Positions 28,940-41,039 of a stretch of 64,000 nucleotides of DNA are shown one piece after another. Position 1 is the first letter of the stretch; the number at the start of each line of letters is the position of its first letter. The stretch spans positions 4,438,914 to 4,502,913 of the forward strand of contig NC_134034.1 of the NCBI RefSeq assembly GCF_964204645.1, given 5' to 3'. The position numbers and the translations under genes were made by a program. This DNA comes from Tubulanus polymorphus. Taxonomy: Eukaryota > Animalia > Nemertea. The notes beneath the pieces were generated by a model that was not told the origin of the DNA, ran no database searches, and was given only the letters and a program-made list of their open reading frames with translations.

Positions 28940-29297
28940 TTGTATACCTATGTATTAGATACCCTATTAGATACCCAAATACCTGATACCCTATTAGATA
29001 CCCTATTAGATATCTTAAATACTTAAAACCCCCTTTTTTAAAATAAATATTATTTATACAATTTTCAACCAATTTATTTTTAGTTTTTCAACTAATATAT
29101 GAATAAGTTTGAAAATAATAAAGGTTATTTATTATTACTGAGGTTTCAATTTCCATATGAATATCTGTTTATAAAATAAGATATTGTATGTATTAGATTG
29201 TATTAGATTGTATTAGATATGTATTAGATACCTTAAATACCTTAAATACTTAAAACCCTTTTTTAAAATAGATATTATTTTTACAATTTTCAACCTC
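28940..29297. repeat. Duplicated intergenic module with TATTAGAT iterons between convergent genes
   Basis: Two related modules (~28950-29070 and ~29185-29297), each with repeated TATTAGAT followed by CTTAAATACTTAAAACCC...ACAATTTTCAACC. Confidence 0.75.
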
Positions 29298-29329
29298 TAT
29301 TACTTTTTGAGTTAAATATAATTAATATC

Positions 29330-30196
29330 TTAATCACTTTCACTATCAGACCCCCCTAACAATTTATTCAAATGCTCTATCGAATCTTCTTCTAATTCTT
29401 CATTATTTTTATACTTATTCTTCACCCTTTTTACCGCATCATCAATAGTTGTTTCATTGTTATGCTTATTCATCCAATCAAATTTATCATTATTTTCTAC
29501 TTTATGTTTCATAGAATCTTTATTATCAATATGCTTATCTGTAACTATATCACCATGTGGGTGCCGTATGGCACCATTTTCATTATTATCTTTATTAGTG
29601 TTTGCTCCTAATATTTCATTTACAGTGTTTGATCCTAATATTTTATTAGCATCGGTTAAATCTAATTCATCTTTATTAGGTGTTGCTAATAAAAAATCTT
29701 CATATAATTCTTTACCATTTACTTTTTTATTTGAAACACATTTTGTAACATATCTAAATGGGTGTTCTATAAATTCTCTTAAACCAACACGTTCTATAAC
29801 ATTAGTAATATGTACCCTTGTATTCATATGTTTATTCCAATTTGATGGAGCGTTTGAAAATTCACCTTTACAATAATCACAATAATTTCTATTTTCACTA
29901 ACATTCAATATTATTGCATTATTATATGTAGAAGGTATTACATTATTAGATGTAGAAGGTATTACATTATTAGATGTAGAAGGTATTACATTATTAGATG
30001 TAGAAGGTATTACATTACTTAAATTATCAACAACACCACTTTTATTATTATCGATTTCTATTAGTTTAGTTTTATAAATTTTGAAAATAGGATCAAATAT
30101 CAAAGCTATATTACAAGGTATTTCATAATATAAACCATCATTATTTTCATGTGTATCGATGTATGGAATATGTTTATATACTTTACCTCCTTCCAT
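29330..30196 (-). CDS. Polinton accessory protein with C2H2-type zinc finger and 8-aa repeats
   Basis: YCDYCKGEFSNAPSNWNKHMNTRVH; (NNVIPSTS)x4 from a 24-bp tandem repeat; intact 288 aa. Confidence 0.7.
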   Translation of the reverse strand: MEGGKVYKHIPYIDTHENNDGLYYEIPCNIALIFDPIFKIYKTKLIEIDNNKSGVVDNLSNVIPSTSNNVIPSTSNNVIPSTSNNVIPSTYNNAIILNVSENRNYCDYCKGEFSNAPSNWNKHMNTRVHITNVIERVGLREFIEHPFRYVTKCVSNKKVNGKELYEDFLLATPNKDELDLTDANKILGSNTVNEILGANTNKDNNENGAIRHPHGDIVTDKHIDNKDSMKHKVENNDKFDWMNKHNNETTIDDAVKRVKNKYKNNEELEEDSIEHLNKLLGGSDSESD

Positions 30197-30228
30197 TTAT
30201 TATATAAATTTTTATTAAAGTTAAAATT

Positions 30229-31476
30229 TTAATACATAACACTATTTAATTGAGAATTTACAATATTTAATTCCGCGTCAGATATAATATAAATGTGCAT
30301 TTTAAAATTTTTGATTCCTTTATTCTTTGTCATGAATAATTGTATTCCATCTTTTGTGTTCTGTAGATTTTTTCCAGAACCATGTAATGAATTATCCTCT
30401 GTTGTTCTAAAATCTAACCATAATACATATTTATTACCGGTATAATAATAAATTTGATTAATATTACAATTTTCAGATGATTTTACTTTTTCATTCATAA
30501 AATGTTTTCTAATTTCTGGCCATTGATCAATCATTCTCATTCCTTGACAAAATATTTTATTTGCTATTCCTTCGATAGTTATTTCTACTTTTGTTATTTC
30601 AGGATTATAATAATTATCAACATTTATTGCGCCATTAGTATATGTTGCAATGGTAAAAAATATTAATATACCTTTAATAGATCTTCTTGGGAAGTTAATA
30701 TTCTCATTAATTATTTCATCATTTGCATTAATAGTTACAGTTTTAAATTTATCAATATAATCATATGATAATGAAAATCCTTGATTGTATTTAGTTTGAA
30801 TTATACTTGCAATATTTTCATCAGTTACTGTATCATATTCTAAACATATATTCGATAATTTATAACTCATATCTTTATTAACGCTAGATATTACAATTTC
30901 ATTAACAGGAGCAAATGTTATTTCGAATATAACGTCTTCTTGAATTGCGTATTTATATAAAGGCGCATTATTATTTATCAATTCAAAGTCTAATGGAATT
31001 TTATATTTGCTTCCATATATACTTTTTATCAATTTATCTATAGCATTAGTTAATATTGCATTATGTGTTTCTGATCTTAATTAATTTTGGTTTTCTGATT
31101 GGATTCCTTGAAATATCATATTATTTCTATTTTCTTTAGTTAACCATAAATCTTTATAATGCATAAATAAATTATAATCATCTAATGAGAAAACTGTTTC
31201 TGGACCAATCTTTATTGTTAATTTTTTAATCAAATATCTTCCAACATTATCAACAACATAATCATTATTATTACCGGTTACTTTTATATCGGCTGATAAA
31301 TAAATACTATTTGGAACGTAAAAAGTATTTTGTGTTAATCTCGGAATTCTAACATATAAAGTTTCATCAGGATTAATATTAGAAGGGTTATGAGTAATTA
31401 TATGATGCGATCTTTCTGCTTTAATAGCATTAGATATTCTATGATTCTTAGAAGGATTGATATAACTCCCACTCAT
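30229..31476 (-). pseudogene. Major capsid protein (double jelly-roll), split by one frameshift near 31080
   Basis: IITHNPSNINPDETLYVRIPRL, YKIPLDFEL, YKLSNICLEYDTV, RSIKGIL, YNPEITKVEITIEG, LWLDFRT...LHGSG; resembles invertebrate Polinton MCPs as remembered. Confidence 0.85.
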
Positions 31477-31496
31477 TTATTTAACAAAAAAATTAA

Positions 31497-32927
31497 TCAT
31501 TTATTTTTTATCATATTCACTAATCCAAAAATAATTGCACTTACAACTGTAATTAAAAATAAAATAATATGTCCAGCAGCAAAGTAAATAATGTTTCCTG
31601 CAGATTTCAATTTAAAACCAACAATTGATGCAATAACTCCTGGTAAAGCTGCAGCAGATTTTTTAGATAGTTCCCATAAATATTTTGCTAATTTCTTTAA
31701 ACCATCCTTAACTTTATCTTGTATTGAATTATTATCATTCGGGTGTTTATCCGGTTTATTTGGAGTAGGAAAAGATTTCAAAGCATTTGATATTGCTAAA
31801 CCAATTGTTGTAAATAACATAGTTACAGCTGTTAGAATTGAAAGAATTGTTATTCCTTCTAATTTAAATAACAATTTTATTCTATCTTTCAATGATATTT
31901 CAGAATCTGGTTTTATCAACAAATCTTTAAAAATAACTTTTAATCTATTAATACTATAATCATATGATTTTAATAATAATTTAATTTCTTCTTTTTGTAA
32001 TTCTATGTTATATTCTAAATCATCTTTTTCTTTTTCTAAATATGCATTTCTTTTTTTAAATTCGATTTCTTCAATAACTTTATTATCTCTATCTAATTTT
32101 AGTTGTTCCGATTCTTTTCTTGATTTAAATAATTCATCTTCTAAAGTTCTAATTTTTAAATCTCTTATACTTTTATCATGCGCAATTTTATCAGATGCAA
32201 GTCTTATACTTTCAATTTCTCTAATTGCTTTATCAGAAAACATATCTAAATCTTCTAATTCTTGATCTGTTGCATCAATTAATCCATTCGGTAAAAGTTT
32301 TTCAATTGGAACTTTATTTGATTTAAGTTTACTAGTTTTGGAAGTTTTATTCTGTTCAGAAGTTGTTTCTGTTACTGGATTATCTTTGATTGTTTCAAAT
32401 AATTTTTCAATTCTTTGTTTAAATACTCTTTTAATTTTATCAGTTAATTCTTGTGTTACATCTTCTGGTTCATTACTATTCATTATTCTTTTAATTTTAG
32501 ATAGGTCTAAATTAAGCAAAGTTGATTTTGCTAATATTTTCTCTTGATTTTTATAAGAGATTTTAATATAATAACCATCTTTCAATTTATAATAATATTC
32601 ACCATCTAAAAACTTTAAATCCTGTACTAAAAGTCTGGCGCCTCTATCATTTATATTATATCCAGAATCTTTAAATACACGTTGAAAATCATACATAAAT
32701 TCATAATTTTCAAAATTTTCTATTTCTAAATCTGGATTTAAATTTTCAGGAGGTATTCTCGATCTAGTTCTTCTATCATGTTCATCTGTTGGTGGGGCTT
32801 TAGAACCACTATCTGCTAAATTAGAATTATATGCTGATTCATTACCATCATCAATATTAGTTTCATTAAGATTAGCACCTGCATCATTATAATCATCATC
32901 AATATATCCCTCATTATTATTTCCCAT
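31497..32927 (-). CDS. Coiled-coil protein with C-terminal hydrophobic/amphipathic helices (putative membrane or entry protein)
   Basis: Intact 476 aa; charged heptad region followed by GITILSILTAVTMLFTTIGLAI, AAALPGVIASIVG and HIILFLITVVSAIIFGLV. Confidence 0.75.
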   Translation of the reverse strand: MGNNNEGYIDDDYNDAGANLNETNIDDGNESAYNSNLADSGSKAPPTDEHDRRTRSRIPPENLNPDLEIENFENYEFMYDFQRVFKDSGYNINDRGARLLVQDLKFLDGEYYYKLKDGYYIKISYKNQEKILAKSTLLNLDLSKIKRIMNSNEPEDVTQELTDKIKRVFKQRIEKLFETIKDNPVTETTSEQNKTSKTSKLKSNKVPIEKLLPNGLIDATDQELEDLDMFSDKAIREIESIRLASDKIAHDKSIRDLKIRTLEDELFKSRKESEQLKLDRDNKVIEEIEFKKRNAYLEKEKDDLEYNIELQKEEIKLLLKSYDYSINRLKVIFKDLLIKPDSEISLKDRIKLLFKLEGITILSILTAVTMLFTTIGLAISNALKSFPTPNKPDKHPNDNNSIQDKVKDGLKKLAKYLWELSKKSAAALPGVIASIVGFKLKSAGNIIYFAAGHIILFLITVVSAIIFGLVNMIKNK

Positions 32928-32981
32928 TTATCCCATTTCATAATCTTCTTCACCTTCTACATCCATTTACATAATAAGAAA

Positions 32982-34336
32982 TTAAAATTTAAAATATAAT
33001 ATTCCTCCGATTACAATTCCTATACAAGTTATAGCTAATTTAGTATTTTCATGGGATTTATTATCATCATTTAGTTTAATTATTTCATGTTGAATATTAT
33101 CAGTTTTTATATCTTCTGATGTATTATAATCCGGTTTAGAATCATTATTTAATTTAATATTTTTAGTTTTAGTTTCTGTTGATTGAATATGTTTTTTTAT
33201 TTTTTTCACCTTCCATTAATTTTGGAGCAGTAATAATCTTTTTATTTATATCATTCAATCCAAATGAATGATTTATTGTTGCAGTTTTAATTAGACTATT
33301 ATAACCAATTATATTTCCCATCTTTAATACTAAATCATTAGAAATAATCTAATATGTGATTTATCTAAATAATTTTGATATCTTACAATGTTTTCTGGAA
33401 TCGATCTATTTCATCATTATGAATGGAATCTTCAAATAATACTTTGAATTGTTTCTGTGTATCAAATGATGTATTTAAATTTCCAATTATTGGGGATCTT
33501 GTTTCAACTTGTGCACCTAAAATACATATCAAATAAGTTCTAATAGATTGATTTATTCTTTCTATACCTGATTTAGTAAAACCTTCACTATTTTCTAAAA
33601 TGAAATAAACCCAACCATTGTTGTTTTCTTGTTTTAAATGATCATAAAATTTCGGTAATTTATTGAAATTTAATGTTTCTAAATCCTTTGTTTCTATTTT
33701 ACCATAACCTAATTTATTATTATAGATATTATAAAAACTATTAGATGGTATGGGAAGTGCACAATATTCTGCAATCTTTTTAGGGCAAGGAAGTGATCTT
33801 ATTGTTCCAATTTTTGTTCTAAAATCAGAATTATTTATATCTATATTAAATTCATTGCAAATTTTATAAAAATTTGATAAATTAATATTATTATCTAATT
33901 CTTTAAAATATCTAGATCCTGGTAAAGCGCACTCTAATTCATTTAATATTATTCTGATTTGAAAGTATGTATGAAATCTAAATAAACTTTGAATTAATTT
34001 ATATTTAGAATTATTCAAATGATCATTCCAACTAATTCCACATCCTGTTGTTGCACAATAAACAGCAAAATTTAATTGGTTCTGCCAATACTTCATATTA
34101 GATTTTAATAACCATTGTTTTTCATCTTTCAATTTTTTAAAATTAATTAAATATACATGAAATATATTTTCCATCTTTGCATTAAAATTATTAGTTTCAG
34201 TAACATAAATTTCTAAATTAGTTAATGAATCTAAAACTTCATTTCTATATGTAATATCTTTATTAAAATCTATTGCTGGCATATTATATTTAATTGATTT
34301 ATTATATTGGAAAGCTTTTGGAAAACTATCTGCCAT
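32982..34336 (-). pseudogene. Conserved Polinton protein of unknown function with C-terminal TM anchor (frameshifted)
   Basis: WQNQLNFAVYCATTGCGIS motif in 33383-34336; joins through frameshifts to 32982-33209 ending KLAITCIGIVIGGILYFKF. Confidence 0.7.
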
Positions 34337-34352
34337 TTATATAATTAAAAAA

Positions 34353-34792
34353 TTAATAATTTATTAATTCTTTTAATAATTTATCTTGTTCTTCAACTGT
34401 TATATGGCCATTTAAACTCATTATATAATCTAGTGTATTTTTTAATTTATTAATTTCTTTTATATTAGTTTTAATTTTTTCTTTATTACTTTTTATATTT
34501 AATTTTGAACTTATGCCAGTTAAAACACTTGAACTTAATCCTAATACACCAATTGATATAGCTAAAGGTGTTAATGGACTGATTATTGCTAGAAATGTTA
34601 TTACAGAACTAATTGTAACCGAACCACTAATAATAAGATAATATTAATAATAATTTTCCTTTTTAAATTTTTTTTCATTTTAACTTTTAAGTCACTTTCA
34701 AATTCTAATATTTGTTTTTCAAAATATATTTTTAATTTAGTTTTATTTATATCATGAGGAATAATATCAATATTATCAATTTTATCTTCCAT
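34353..34792 (-). pseudogene. Small hydrophobic-hairpin protein (possibly the adintovirus 'gasderminX' class), frameshifted
   Basis: The 63-aa ORF continues in another frame: SVITFLAIISPLTPLAISIGVLGLSSSVLTGISSKL...GHITVEEQDKLLKELINY; family assignment from memory. Confidence 0.55.
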
Positions 34793-34811
34793 TTATTTAG
34801 AAAAAAAATTA

Positions 34812-35234
34812 CTAATTAGTAAACTTATAAGCAACAAATATAACAATAACTGTTCCACCTAAAATCCAAATTATTTCATATTTCTGTTGTTCTTTACTTG
34901 GGGTATAATAATCTGATAATTTAGGTTTGTATAGATGTAATTTTTCTTTATTGGTTTCCGCGTTATATAAACTCATTGCATCATCAACTGATTGAAAATC
35001 TCTATGTGAAATCTTCTGATCATATAATTCCTTGTTAATATAATCCATATAGTATTGTCGTTTTTCTCTGTATTCTTCTGCTGCTTTATTGTATTTCTCT
35101 AATGCTAAGTTATGTCTTCTTTGATCGCCTAATGAACTATTTTTATCAATATGCTTAAATAAATAACCGTCACCAGTAAATGCTCAAGCGTTAACAATTG
35201 CCGATCCTATAATAGTTATAATTGCAGAAGCCAT
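34812..35234 (-). pseudogene. Small protein with hydrophobic N-terminus and C-terminal TM; one in-frame TGA
   Basis: MASAIITIIGSAIVNA*AFTG...RRHNLALEKY... is in frame with ORF 34812-35048 ending IIWILGGTVIVIFVAYKF. Confidence 0.7.
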
Positions 35235-35482
35235 TTATTTAGCAAAAAAATTATGCCTTTGTATGGGAGGAATATATTTTTGTTTTTTTCCAAATAATCA
35301 ATAGTTAAATTAGATAAAGTAACTGCTAATGTTAATTTTAAAATATCATTTATATCAAATCTATCAACATTAACACTTCCCATTTTGAATACTTTTTTTA
35401 ATACCATTGAATAACCAACAGTTCCAACTGATAGTAATGCTCCATTATATAATCCAGTTATTATCCACTTATTATCACTCAT
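35216..35482 (-). CDS. Small hydrophobic Polinton protein
   Basis: GLYNGALLSVGTVGYSMVLKKVF and ILKLTLAVTL; TAAATG start. Confidence 0.65.
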   Translation of the reverse strand: MSDNKWIITGLYNGALLSVGTVGYSMVLKKVFKMGSVNVDRFDINDILKLTLAVTLSNLTIDYLEKNKNIFLPYKGIIFLLNKWLLQL

Positions 35483-35838
35483 TTATTTATCAAAAAATTA
35501 CTATCATCAAAATATTTAGTTATCTTAGTGATGATTAATTCAACATTTATTTCATTACTAGTTTCATTTGTATATATTTCAATTATTATTTTTTTAATAT
35601 CATCGATGATAAAATCTTCATCTAATTCATAAAATCTTAAAGATTCTCTAATTAAATTAGTAATCTTTTCTACATTTAAAGTTTCTTTATCTATTGTTGT
35701 TTCATACTCAAATGTTGTTTCATTAGAAAATGCAATATTTTTAATATGTGTAATTACATCATTAATGTTAAATTTCATTTCTTTCTCATGTTTAAAATCA
35801 AACCCAAAACATATAATCGGTCCAACAGTTATATTCAT
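35479..35838 (-). CDS. Hypothetical Polinton protein (119 aa)
   Basis: Intact ORF with the shared TAAATG start motif, packed between neighbours. Confidence 0.6.
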   Translation of the reverse strand: MNITVGPIICFGFDFKHEKEMKFNINDVITHIKNIAFSNETTFEYETTIDKETLNVEKITNLIRESLRFYELDEDFIIDDIKKIIIEIYTNETSNEINVELIITKITKYFDDSNFLINK

Positions 35839-35854
35839 TTATATAGTGAAAAAA

Positions 35855-36610
35855 TTACTCTCTACATCTTATAACTAATTCATATATCACAGGAAAGTTA
35901 TTCAAATCAATTAAATATCCATTATGATTTCTTATTTCTAATTTAAAATTATTAAATTTAGGAATGCAAGGTTTAAAATCACATTCTGTTAAATTATAAT
36001 TTATTTGAGTTCCAAATTGTTTAACATTTTTTAGCTGTAAAATATTTAGTATACTAGAAATACAAATTGTTTCTTTAGTTGCTTCGAAAGTTTTTGTAGG
36101 CTCGATTAAATTGCTATAAATATAAAAGTGTGTAAAAGGTATTATATTTGAGCTGCCTTCTGCGTTTCCAGTAACTGTAAGAGGTTTAATTCCTAACATT
36201 TTAGCCAGTGGTTTGTTTACCATAAATTTATGTTGTTCATTAGATATCTTTATTCTTATTTTATTTGTACTATCAATTTTATTAAATTTAATTTCAAATA
36301 CAGAAGTGCCCCCGATTTTCAACCGAGCTCTTCTATTAATTTCCTGCGCTAATGATTCTAAATTATATAATCCTGGTTTTAAAAATATATGAAACCATTT
36401 ATCTTTATTTTTCATATAAATCATAAACCCTCTATGTTCAAAAGTTTTATCCGATATATTATAAAAAGAATTACATGAACTTATATTAACTAATTTTAAA
36501 TCTACACAATTCTTGAATTCTCTATCTAATTGTACTAGTAAATTATGAGATTTATAATTTGTAAGCCTTCTAGAATCAACAAATATTCTGTATTCTTTTA
36601 ATTCTACCAT
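35855..36610 (-). CDS. Minor capsid protein (penton, single jelly-roll)
   Basis: FYNISD, LKPGLYNLESL, LAKMLG, FYIYSNLI, FKLEIRNHNGYLIDLNNFPVIYEL pattern typical of Polinton mCP. Confidence 0.75.
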   Translation of the reverse strand: MVELKEYRIFVDSRRLTNYKSHNLLVQLDREFKNCVDLKLVNISSCNSFYNISDKTFEHRGFMIYMKNKDKWFHIFLKPGLYNLESLAQEINRRARLKIGGTSVFEIKFNKIDSTNKIRIKISNEQHKFMVNKPLAKMLGIKPLTVTGNAEGSSNIIPFTHFYIYSNLIEPTKTFEATKETICISSILNILQLKNVKQFGTQINYNLTECDFKPCIPKFNNFKLEIRNHNGYLIDLNNFPVIYELVIRCRE

Positions 36611-36627
36611 TTATTTTACATATTTTC

Positions 36628-36980
36628 TTATTCGAAATCTATTTCATGGTGCCCTTTTTCATTCTTACCTTTGTATACGAAATAGAAATCACCAGAACAT
36701 AATTCTTCTAGATCTTCACTTGATAATCTATGAAATCTATCCGGTAAATATGTTCTGAATTTATATGTATTTCCTTTTAATCCTTCATATTCTAAGTGTA
36801 TAACTAATTTATCTCCATATTTGTTAGTAACTGTATCAATATTTGTAATTAGATATTTCTTATGGATTATTAATTCTTTTAACTTCTTAAATTTATAATC
36901 TACTGATTTGACATTTGAAGTATCTTTTATTCTATCTAGAATATTTTGTTGTTCTCACTGTGTGTTTGTTTAATCTCCAT
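36628..36980 (-). pseudogene. Putative OB-fold ssDNA-binding protein, frameshifted near its N-terminus (not in ORF track)
   Basis: FKKLKELIIHKKYLITNIDTVTNKYGDKLVIHL...TYLPDRF...YFVYKGK; lies directly downstream of pPolB. Confidence 0.5.
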
Positions 36981-37009
36981 TTTAATAACATATTTTTATT
37001 AAAATTTGA

Positions 37010-40000
37010 TTAACACGTTAGAATTCTTTTCATTATTTCCTTCTCTTTTGTTTCTTCTCTTTTAAATTTTAAGTATTCATCTAAATTGCAACCATAAGCA
37101 ACTGTATGAATTCCATCATCCAGAATATATCTTTTATCATCAAATGGGTTTAGACTTATCTTTTCAATTTCTTCAATAAACATTTCATGATCTTCAGATC
37201 TTAAACATCTCATCTTATGTTTTCTAACTTCTTCATTGAATATACATTTGATGTAATCTTTGAAATGAATATTCTTTTCTACTACACTTTTGGTTATTCC
37301 TTTTAACTTTTTAGCTTCATGTTCTTTACTTTTATATGAATACATTTTAGATCTAATACCAATGAATTCAATCATTTCTTCACCACCTAATTCATCCTTA
37401 AACTTCCCTGGAACTTTTTTATTATCATTGCTAAACAATTCATGATATTTAGGATAGTTACTGAAATCAAAATGATGTTTTAATGTTTTTAAATCATCTG
37501 TTATGTTATCAGTTTTTATCTTTAATATGTAACTGTCAGTATCAAAATATGATATTTCTATATGTTTTTCTCCAAAAAGTGGTTGTAATACATTATAATA
37601 GAATTCATACATTAGTAATTTTGATAATTCTAAAACTGAAGCGCCAACATAGATTGGTTAATTAAATTTCATTGATGTTCTTCTCATTTTAACTGCAGCT
37701 AAATTTTCATCAAATATTCTGTTACCAATGAACTTAGGATATGTTTGAAAATGTATAATTCTTTTACCATTACTGACTAACTCAATATCATTTCTATTTC
37801 TAATATTTTAACAAGTCTTACCAAAGAATGCATTGTTCATTAACTTGAAGTAATCTTTCTCGAAATCAGTTTTAGCTTCACTTCTCTGTTTGGTGTTAAA
37901 ATCTATATATTTTTCTAACCACTTAGATTGACTGAATGAAATATATCTATGTACTTTTTTTAGAACCATTCCTTGTTTTAAGTAAAACTTTAACATTCTA
38001 TAATGTACTACATAATTATATTTATCTTCTTGAGTTACCATTAACTTTCCTGTATGGATATGATTTTCGGGTTTAATTCATTTTTGATAATTTGATAATT
38101 CTTCATGAGTTACAGTTTTATGTTCGGGACAGTAAGCTAGATTTCTAGATTTAAATTTAATATGTTCAGGATATTCTAAATCTACAACAAAGAAGTAACC
38201 AGTATCTGAATCATCTGCAATATCTAGAATTCTTTTCTTCCAATCAAATTTATCATTATTTTCACGTTGTAAAACTTCACTTATTTCAAATACTCCATAA
38301 GGTTGTGGTTCCATCATTGCCCAACCATACAAATTATTTGCATCTATATATAATAACTTATATCCGGGGTTATCATTTACATTGAAATATCTATCCCCTA
38401 ATACACCTGAAACACCTCCTCTTATAGATTTTTCAAATAATAATAATTGATCTATATTTGTTAACAATTCCATTTTTATATCTGTAAATTTTATACCACA
38501 ATCCCATATTAATCCTGGACTTGAATAACAATGACATGGATCAATATCGAAATATTTTAGATTTACATCTCTAAACCTTTCGAATATATCAGTTAACAAT
38601 AATACATCTGATTTTAGATATAAATCTACTAATTGCCCATGATTTTTCATTCTAAAATGATTCCAAATATTCAATGTTCTATTATATACTTCATCTTTAA
38701 CATATTCATTTTTTAATTCATCATAGAATTGTTCTTTCAATAATTCAGTTATATTGAAATCATTATGTGATTTATAAAATGAATATGGAATTGCTCCTTT
38801 ATATCTCATTAATTTAAAATCATCATTATTTGGTAGTGTTGCTTTAATATTTTTAATTCATCATCAACTAATGATTTTGATAAGTTATCTAATGAACTAT
38901 TTAAAAATATATATGAATCTATAAATCTTGGGCAACCAAATTGGAATGATATATAATTCTCAGATGTTTTAGCTAACATTCTAAATTTATAAGTTGGTAT
39001 TTTATCTTTTGATCTATTTGAATTTAATCTTTCTATTTCATTATTAATTTCTTCTATTTTATGACATAACTGTTTGATGAATAAATGTGCATCATATCCT
39101 GATAGATTATGAAATATAACTGGTACAAAATTAATTTTCTTAGCTTGTAAGTTACAATTCTCATGTGCGGCGCCTCTAAACTTTCCATTCAAATGATCAT
39201 GGTCTCTTACTTTTTTATCTTTATAATTAAATATCTTTTCACAATAATAACATTTATCTGCAAACTCAAATGCTTCTTTATCTTCTTCTGTCATTATAAT
39301 TTCTATATTTGTATTCAATAATTTACTAAATCTTGTTTCATATTCAATTAATAAGTCACAAAAATAATTAATAACATTTTCATTTCTATAATGATAATAT
39401 TCAATTTCAATTAGTTCTGGATAATCAGATTTTATATATAACCCGAAAGCTGCAGCTGATTGAGGACTCTTTTTAATAGTATTTGTTTTTGGTGGTTCAT
39501 CTGAAAAATCATTTTCATTAGAATTTAATTTCTTTCTTTTATAATATATTTCTTTTCTATCTTGATCAGTTAGTTCTTTATTTAATGATTCAAAATCTCC
39601 ATATATAACAAATGGAACTTTATTTTTGTAATCATATTTTTTGAATTCTAATATTTTATCCTTTTCATTTGGTAAAACTAATTTACAATAATCATAATTT
39701 TCACATAATTGTTTATGATTTAATAATGTACTTTCATTACTGAATCTATGTAAACATTTTCTACAAAGATATATTTTATGGTGATCATTTTCTGATTTAA
39801 AAAATAAATCTATTTGTTTAATCCACATATAATGATTCTCATAATATAATATATCTATAACATCGTTTGAATCATAATCTTTTGATAGGTATGAAGGTCC
39901 TAATGTATAATGTTTTATATTGTTACCTTTTGTATTTGGTAATTTGATTAAATCAAATACATTTATCTTTATATTATTATCTCTTTCTATCTTTGGGACG

Positions 40001-41039
40001 TTTTAAATTCTAACAGGATACTTATCTATCTTATAATTATTTTCAAATGGTTTATAATGAGTTAATCTACAAATATTATAAGTTGCAGGATGTAAACAAC
40101 TTATTATAGCCCATAGAAAACATTTATCATCTTCATTTTGTACATTTATTACTGCATTAGTTTTAAATGGTAGTTTAATATAACTTGATGCTTCAATATC
40201 TGGTTCTTTATAATATGATACATTATTTTCATCTATTGGTTTTGATTTAGTTAACTTATTATATTTTGTGTTATAAACATGTAAAGTCATAAATATTATT
40301 TCATCAAATATTAAACCAGATCCTTCCAAATATTTCTCTTCTATTTTAGTTTTTACTTCATTATAACATTTATCTAATTTATCATCTATATGTTGTTTAT
40401 ATATAATATGTTGTGAATGAGAATTTATATTATATATTGGTTTATCTTCAGATTTTATAAACTTTACTTTAACTATATACTAATTTTAGGATATTCAACA
40501 TCAGTTATTATTTTTATTATTTCTTTCATATTTTCTAAATGTTTTTTATTTTCTTCTAATGTTTTTCCTTTATGAAATTTAAACTCGATAGCTGCTGGGC
40601 CAATATCACTTTTAAATGCTTCGGTTATCTCTATATCTTTTTTATTATCCAATAAATTAATATATTTTCTTACATCTTCCATGTATGGTCTTTCATTGTT
40701 TAATTTATTTTTTATGCTTTTAATTGTCTTCTGTTTCTCATCATTATCTTTATCAAAATAATCTTCACCTAAAATATCATTATTCTTATTTCTAATATGA
40801 CTTTTAGATTTTAAATGTTCTTTATAATATCTTTTATCACTGAATGATTGATTACATGTATCACATTTATATATTTCTTTTTAATTCTTTAATTCATCTA
40901 ATTTAGTTTCTAATATATCATCTTCATATTCTAGTTTCAATTCATTCTCTAAATGTGTTTTAGTTTTATTGTGTCTTGCTCTTTGGGATTTATCTATATT
41001 GATATTACATGTTGGGCAGTAGTATTTATTTGCTTCCAC
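37010..41039 (-). pseudogene. polB: Protein-primed family B DNA polymerase with N-terminal zinc fingers and EndoVII-like insert; multiple frameshifts
   Basis: Exo I YGDFES, Exo II FHNLSGYDAH, Exo III YLKSDV, pol motifs YIDANNLYG, KLMNNAFFGK, YFDTDS, KMY and KLKG; RDHDHLNGKFRGAAHENCN; start codon appears to read GTG at 41039. Confidence 0.93.
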
